DNA from: Candidatus Hydrogenedentota bacterium
Lineage (GTDB): Bacteria > Hydrogenedentota > Hydrogenedentia > Hydrogenedentales > GCA-2746185
Length of the DNA: 18,432 nucleotides
NCBI GenBank assembly: GCA_046583315.1
Contig: JAYGCN010000054.1
Location: forward strand, 1 to 18,432
Direction: 5' to 3'
Part shown: positions 16,458 to 18,432 of the stretch, piece by piece
Layout of the letters: each line of letters begins with the position of its first letter
How positions within the stretch are numbered: position 1 is the stretch's first letter
Notes under the pieces: generated by a model
Told to the model about the DNA's origin: nothing
The model's input: only the letters and a program-made list of their open reading frames with translations
Database searches by the model: none
Made by a program: the position numbers and the translations under genes

Positions 16458-16951
16458 GGCGCCTCATCCATGAACGCCCGCAAGCTGGAATCGATGTACT
16501 CCATGTACGCAGTCTTATCGTGTACCAGATCCCAGATGTCATCCAGATTCTCCCAGCGAACTTCCTCGCCGGACTCCAGCTCCACCAGGACGACGGATTT
16601 CGAATACAAATCAAAATCGACCGGATAATGTTTGTTCTCCGGAGTCGTCATGTTCAGTGATCGCCACTGCAATCCACCCGAATCAAGCAGGCCAGCAAAC
16701 CCTTCCTGAACCGCCTCCAGCGCGTAGCCCTCCAGCTTCTCACAGGTCTCGCAATAGACATCGTTGTAGAAAAAATACACCGCCCAATCCGGCTCGACAC
16801 CCTCCACAATCGGCAGCGTCGCCCCGAGCGGACGTCGCTCCGATGCAGGCGATTCCGATGACGGACTGTCTTTCAGAACGGTATAGGCAAGGCTGCAAGC
16901 CACAAAACCGAGTAACACCGTATTGATCACGTATTTTTGAGTTCGATTCAT
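16454..16951 (-). CDS. Membrane-anchored thioredoxin-like CxxC protein, ArsF-family-like
   Basis: Likely ATG at 16951 (MNRTQKY...). N-terminal hydrophobic anchor. VYFFYNDVYCETCEKLE, LQWRSLN...ENKHY...SVVLV...WENLDDIWDLVHDK pattern as in ArsF-family proteins (from memory). Confidence 0.78.
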   Translation of the reverse strand: MNRTQKYVINTVLLGFVACSLAYTVLKDSPSSESPASERRPLGATLPIVEGVEPDWAVYFFYNDVYCETCEKLEGYALEAVQEGFAGLLDSGGLQWRSLNMTTPENKHYPVDFDLYSKSVVLVELESGEEVRWENLDDIWDLVHDKTAYMEYIDSSLRAFMDEAP

Positions 16952-17007
16952 GCCTGAATTATCCGTCAGTCGCTGGCCCAGATCAAGGTAAAGCGAATAA
17001 AATGACA

Positions 17008-17057
17008 CGCGATTCGGTTAATAGTACAAACCATTCGCGACCTTTTCATGATAGAAT
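17008..17057 (+). promoter_or_regulatory. Divergent control region: extended -10 (TGaTAGAAT, 17049-17057) and an imperfect inverted repeat (17008-17039)
   Basis: CGCGA..GGTT / AACC..TCGCG arms lie between the divergent arsF-like and HTH genes. RBS GGAGGTG at 17067-17073. Confidence 0.4.
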
Positions 17058-17078
17058 GCGCTATATGGAGGTGATTGC

Positions 17079-17327
17079 ATGACTACGCAGACCGATACTG
17101 TCTTAACACTCGAAGACGCTGCCGCATTCCTCAAAGTCTCGGAGGATGTTGTCCAGAATCTGCTCGAACAGCAAGACCTCGCCGGGCGTAAAATCGGCGG
17201 AGAATGGCGCACCACCACACGAGCCATCATCAGCTACGTCGACGGTGTCCCCATGCAGATGACCTGCTGCACAACCGAAGATGGATCAACCGTCTGTTGC
17301 ACCCCCGGCCAATCGGGCTGTTGCTGA
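17079..17327 (+). CDS. Excisionase-like (HTH_17/MerR-superfamily) DNA-binding protein with a Cys-Cys-rich C-terminal tail
   Basis: Strong RBS. VLTLEDAAAFLKVSEDVVQNLLEQQDLAGRKIGGEWR is a classic HTH_17 pattern. Tail TCCTTEDGSTVCCTPGQSGCC. Confidence 0.88.
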   Translation: MTTQTDTVLTLEDAAAFLKVSEDVVQNLLEQQDLAGRKIGGEWRTTTRAIISYVDGVPMQMTCCTTEDGSTVCCTPGQSGCC

Positions 17328-18431
17328 TTACGAACCGATGCAATACAACTTTTCCGACGTGCGGATGAATAATTTTCCGTCCGAGATGGCTGGTGATGCT
17401 TTGCTACCCCGGCCACCAAACGCGCCGCGCGACAGTATCTCGAACTTCTCACCAATCGAAACGACCACCACGCCGCCGTCTTCGTCAACCATATAGATTT
17501 TCCCATCGGCAGCGACCGGGGACGACCAGAATCGTTTGTTGTCCGGCAGATCGCCCACCCACAATTCCTCGCCCGATTTCGGATCGAAACACGCAAGCGT
17601 TTTCTGCACGCCGTTCAACACATACAACTTGCCATCATAGAAAACCGGCGTCGGCACATCCGTCGTGCGACTGTTATAAACCCACGCCGCCGTTTCGATA
17701 TCCTTCTGCGCCTTCACGCCCGGATTGAATGCATAAGCCAGGCTACCCCTGGGTTGCGCATTAAAAATAAGATCGCCTATCACGATGGGCGACGGGATCA
17801 AACGCCAATTCGAGCGCTTGCGAGGATTGTCCGCAAATCGCCATCGTTCCTCACCCGTGGCGATGTCATGCCCGGTCGTATAATCCCCGCCCTGCACAAC
17901 AATCACCGGCTCCTCTCCAACTTCATACGGAACAACCGTCGTATAGGAATCGTAAGACTCTCCGATGGCATCGCTGTCCCGATGATGATGAAACACGATA
18001 TCGCCCGTCTTTGCATCAAGCGCGAGCAGAAACGAATCACCATCATGATACTCGCGCAACGGTATCTCCGAACGCCACTGCCCCGTCAATATCGGGTAAT
18101 AGAGATTACCTTTGTACAAAGTCGGACTCGAAGCATAGCCAAATTGCAATCCAATACGCCCAAGATCCTTGATATTGCGCGACCAGACCTCATTCCCGTC
18201 ATGGTCCAGCGCAAACACCGGGCCGCTTCCAAAGGTAAAATACACACGCTCCGCATCCGCAACCGGAGAACACGCCGCCAGCGTATTGCGCGGGATGGGG
18301 CCATGCGCCTCAGCAAGCTGTTTTTGCCACAACACCTTTCCGCTGTCCCGATCAAGGCTAATCCCAAACAATTTGCTCAGCTCCGCATCGTTTGATACCA
18401 AAAAAACCTTGTTGCCCACGATAACGGGTGA
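17328..18431 (-). CDS. 5'-truncated PQQ-binding-like beta-propeller protein
   Basis: The frame stays open to the window edge (SPVIVGNKVF...). Motifs SGKVLWQ, ACSPVAD, FGYASSPTL, TGEERWR, DVPTPV, WSSPVAADGKIY and ASPAISDGKLFIRT. The stop directly abuts the HTH gene stop. Confidence 0.88.
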   Translation of the reverse strand, partial: SPVIVGNKVFLVSNDAELSKLFGISLDRDSGKVLWQKQLAEAHGPIPRNTLAACSPVADAERVYFTFGSGPVFALDHDGNEVWSRNIKDLGRIGLQFGYASSPTLYKGNLYYPILTGQWRSEIPLREYHDGDSFLLALDAKTGDIVFHHHRDSDAIGESYDSYTTVVPYEVGEEPVIVVQGGDYTTGHDIATGEERWRFADNPRKRSNWRLIPSPIVIGDLIFNAQPRGSLAYAFNPGVKAQKDIETAAWVYNSRTTDVPTPVFYDGKLYVLNGVQKTLACFDPKSGEELWVGDLPDNKRFWSSPVAADGKIYMVDEDGGVVVVSIGEKFEILSRGAFGGRGSKASPAISDGKLFIRTSEKLYCIGS

Positions 18432-18432
18432 A

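Noticed and set aside
17079..17327. Prophage or ICE excisionase marking a mobile element
   Set aside because: No integrase, att repeats or tRNA nearby. The Cys-rich tail and divergent layout fit a regulator better.
1..18432. CRISPR arrays, tRNA/rRNA, IS elements, strong intrinsic terminators and the many short antisense ORFs in the track
   Set aside because: No regularly spaced direct repeats, RNA gene signatures, transposase motifs or clear hairpin plus U-tract were seen by eye. The antisense and alternative-frame ORFs shadow well-supported genes.

Overview
Gene-dense bacterial window. The style of the DUF1559/H-X9-DG prepilin-like protein suggests Ca. Hydrogenedentota or a PVC-like lineage (inference). 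The centre is a tightly coupled 8-gene redox operon (4532-14795): PQQ-like beta-propeller, NHL-like propeller with a vicinal Cys-Cys motif, a 64-aa four-Cys Tat-like peptide, a Tat polyferredoxin, a NapH/NosR-like membrane ferredoxin, a membrane-anchored PQQ-like propeller, a NuoE-NuoF (HydC-HydB/BfuC-BfuB) fusion with bifurcation-type motifs, and an A-type subunit with no H-cluster or Mo domain and an apparently deleted NAD(P)H-binding domain. This looks like an uncharacterised transmembrane electron-transfer system. Left flank: a partial tandem-domain (SCP2-like) gene, msrP with no msrQ in view, a small membrane protein and a divergent 4-gene hypothetical operon. Right flank: a prepilin-like gene, an ArsF/ArsG-like thioredoxin plus CcdA-like pair, a divergent excisionase-type HTH protein with three Cys-Cys pairs (candidate new metalloid sensor), and a partial third PQQ-like propeller. 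No rRNA, tRNA, CRISPR array or mobile element was recognised. All family assignments come from motif recognition by eye, not database searches.
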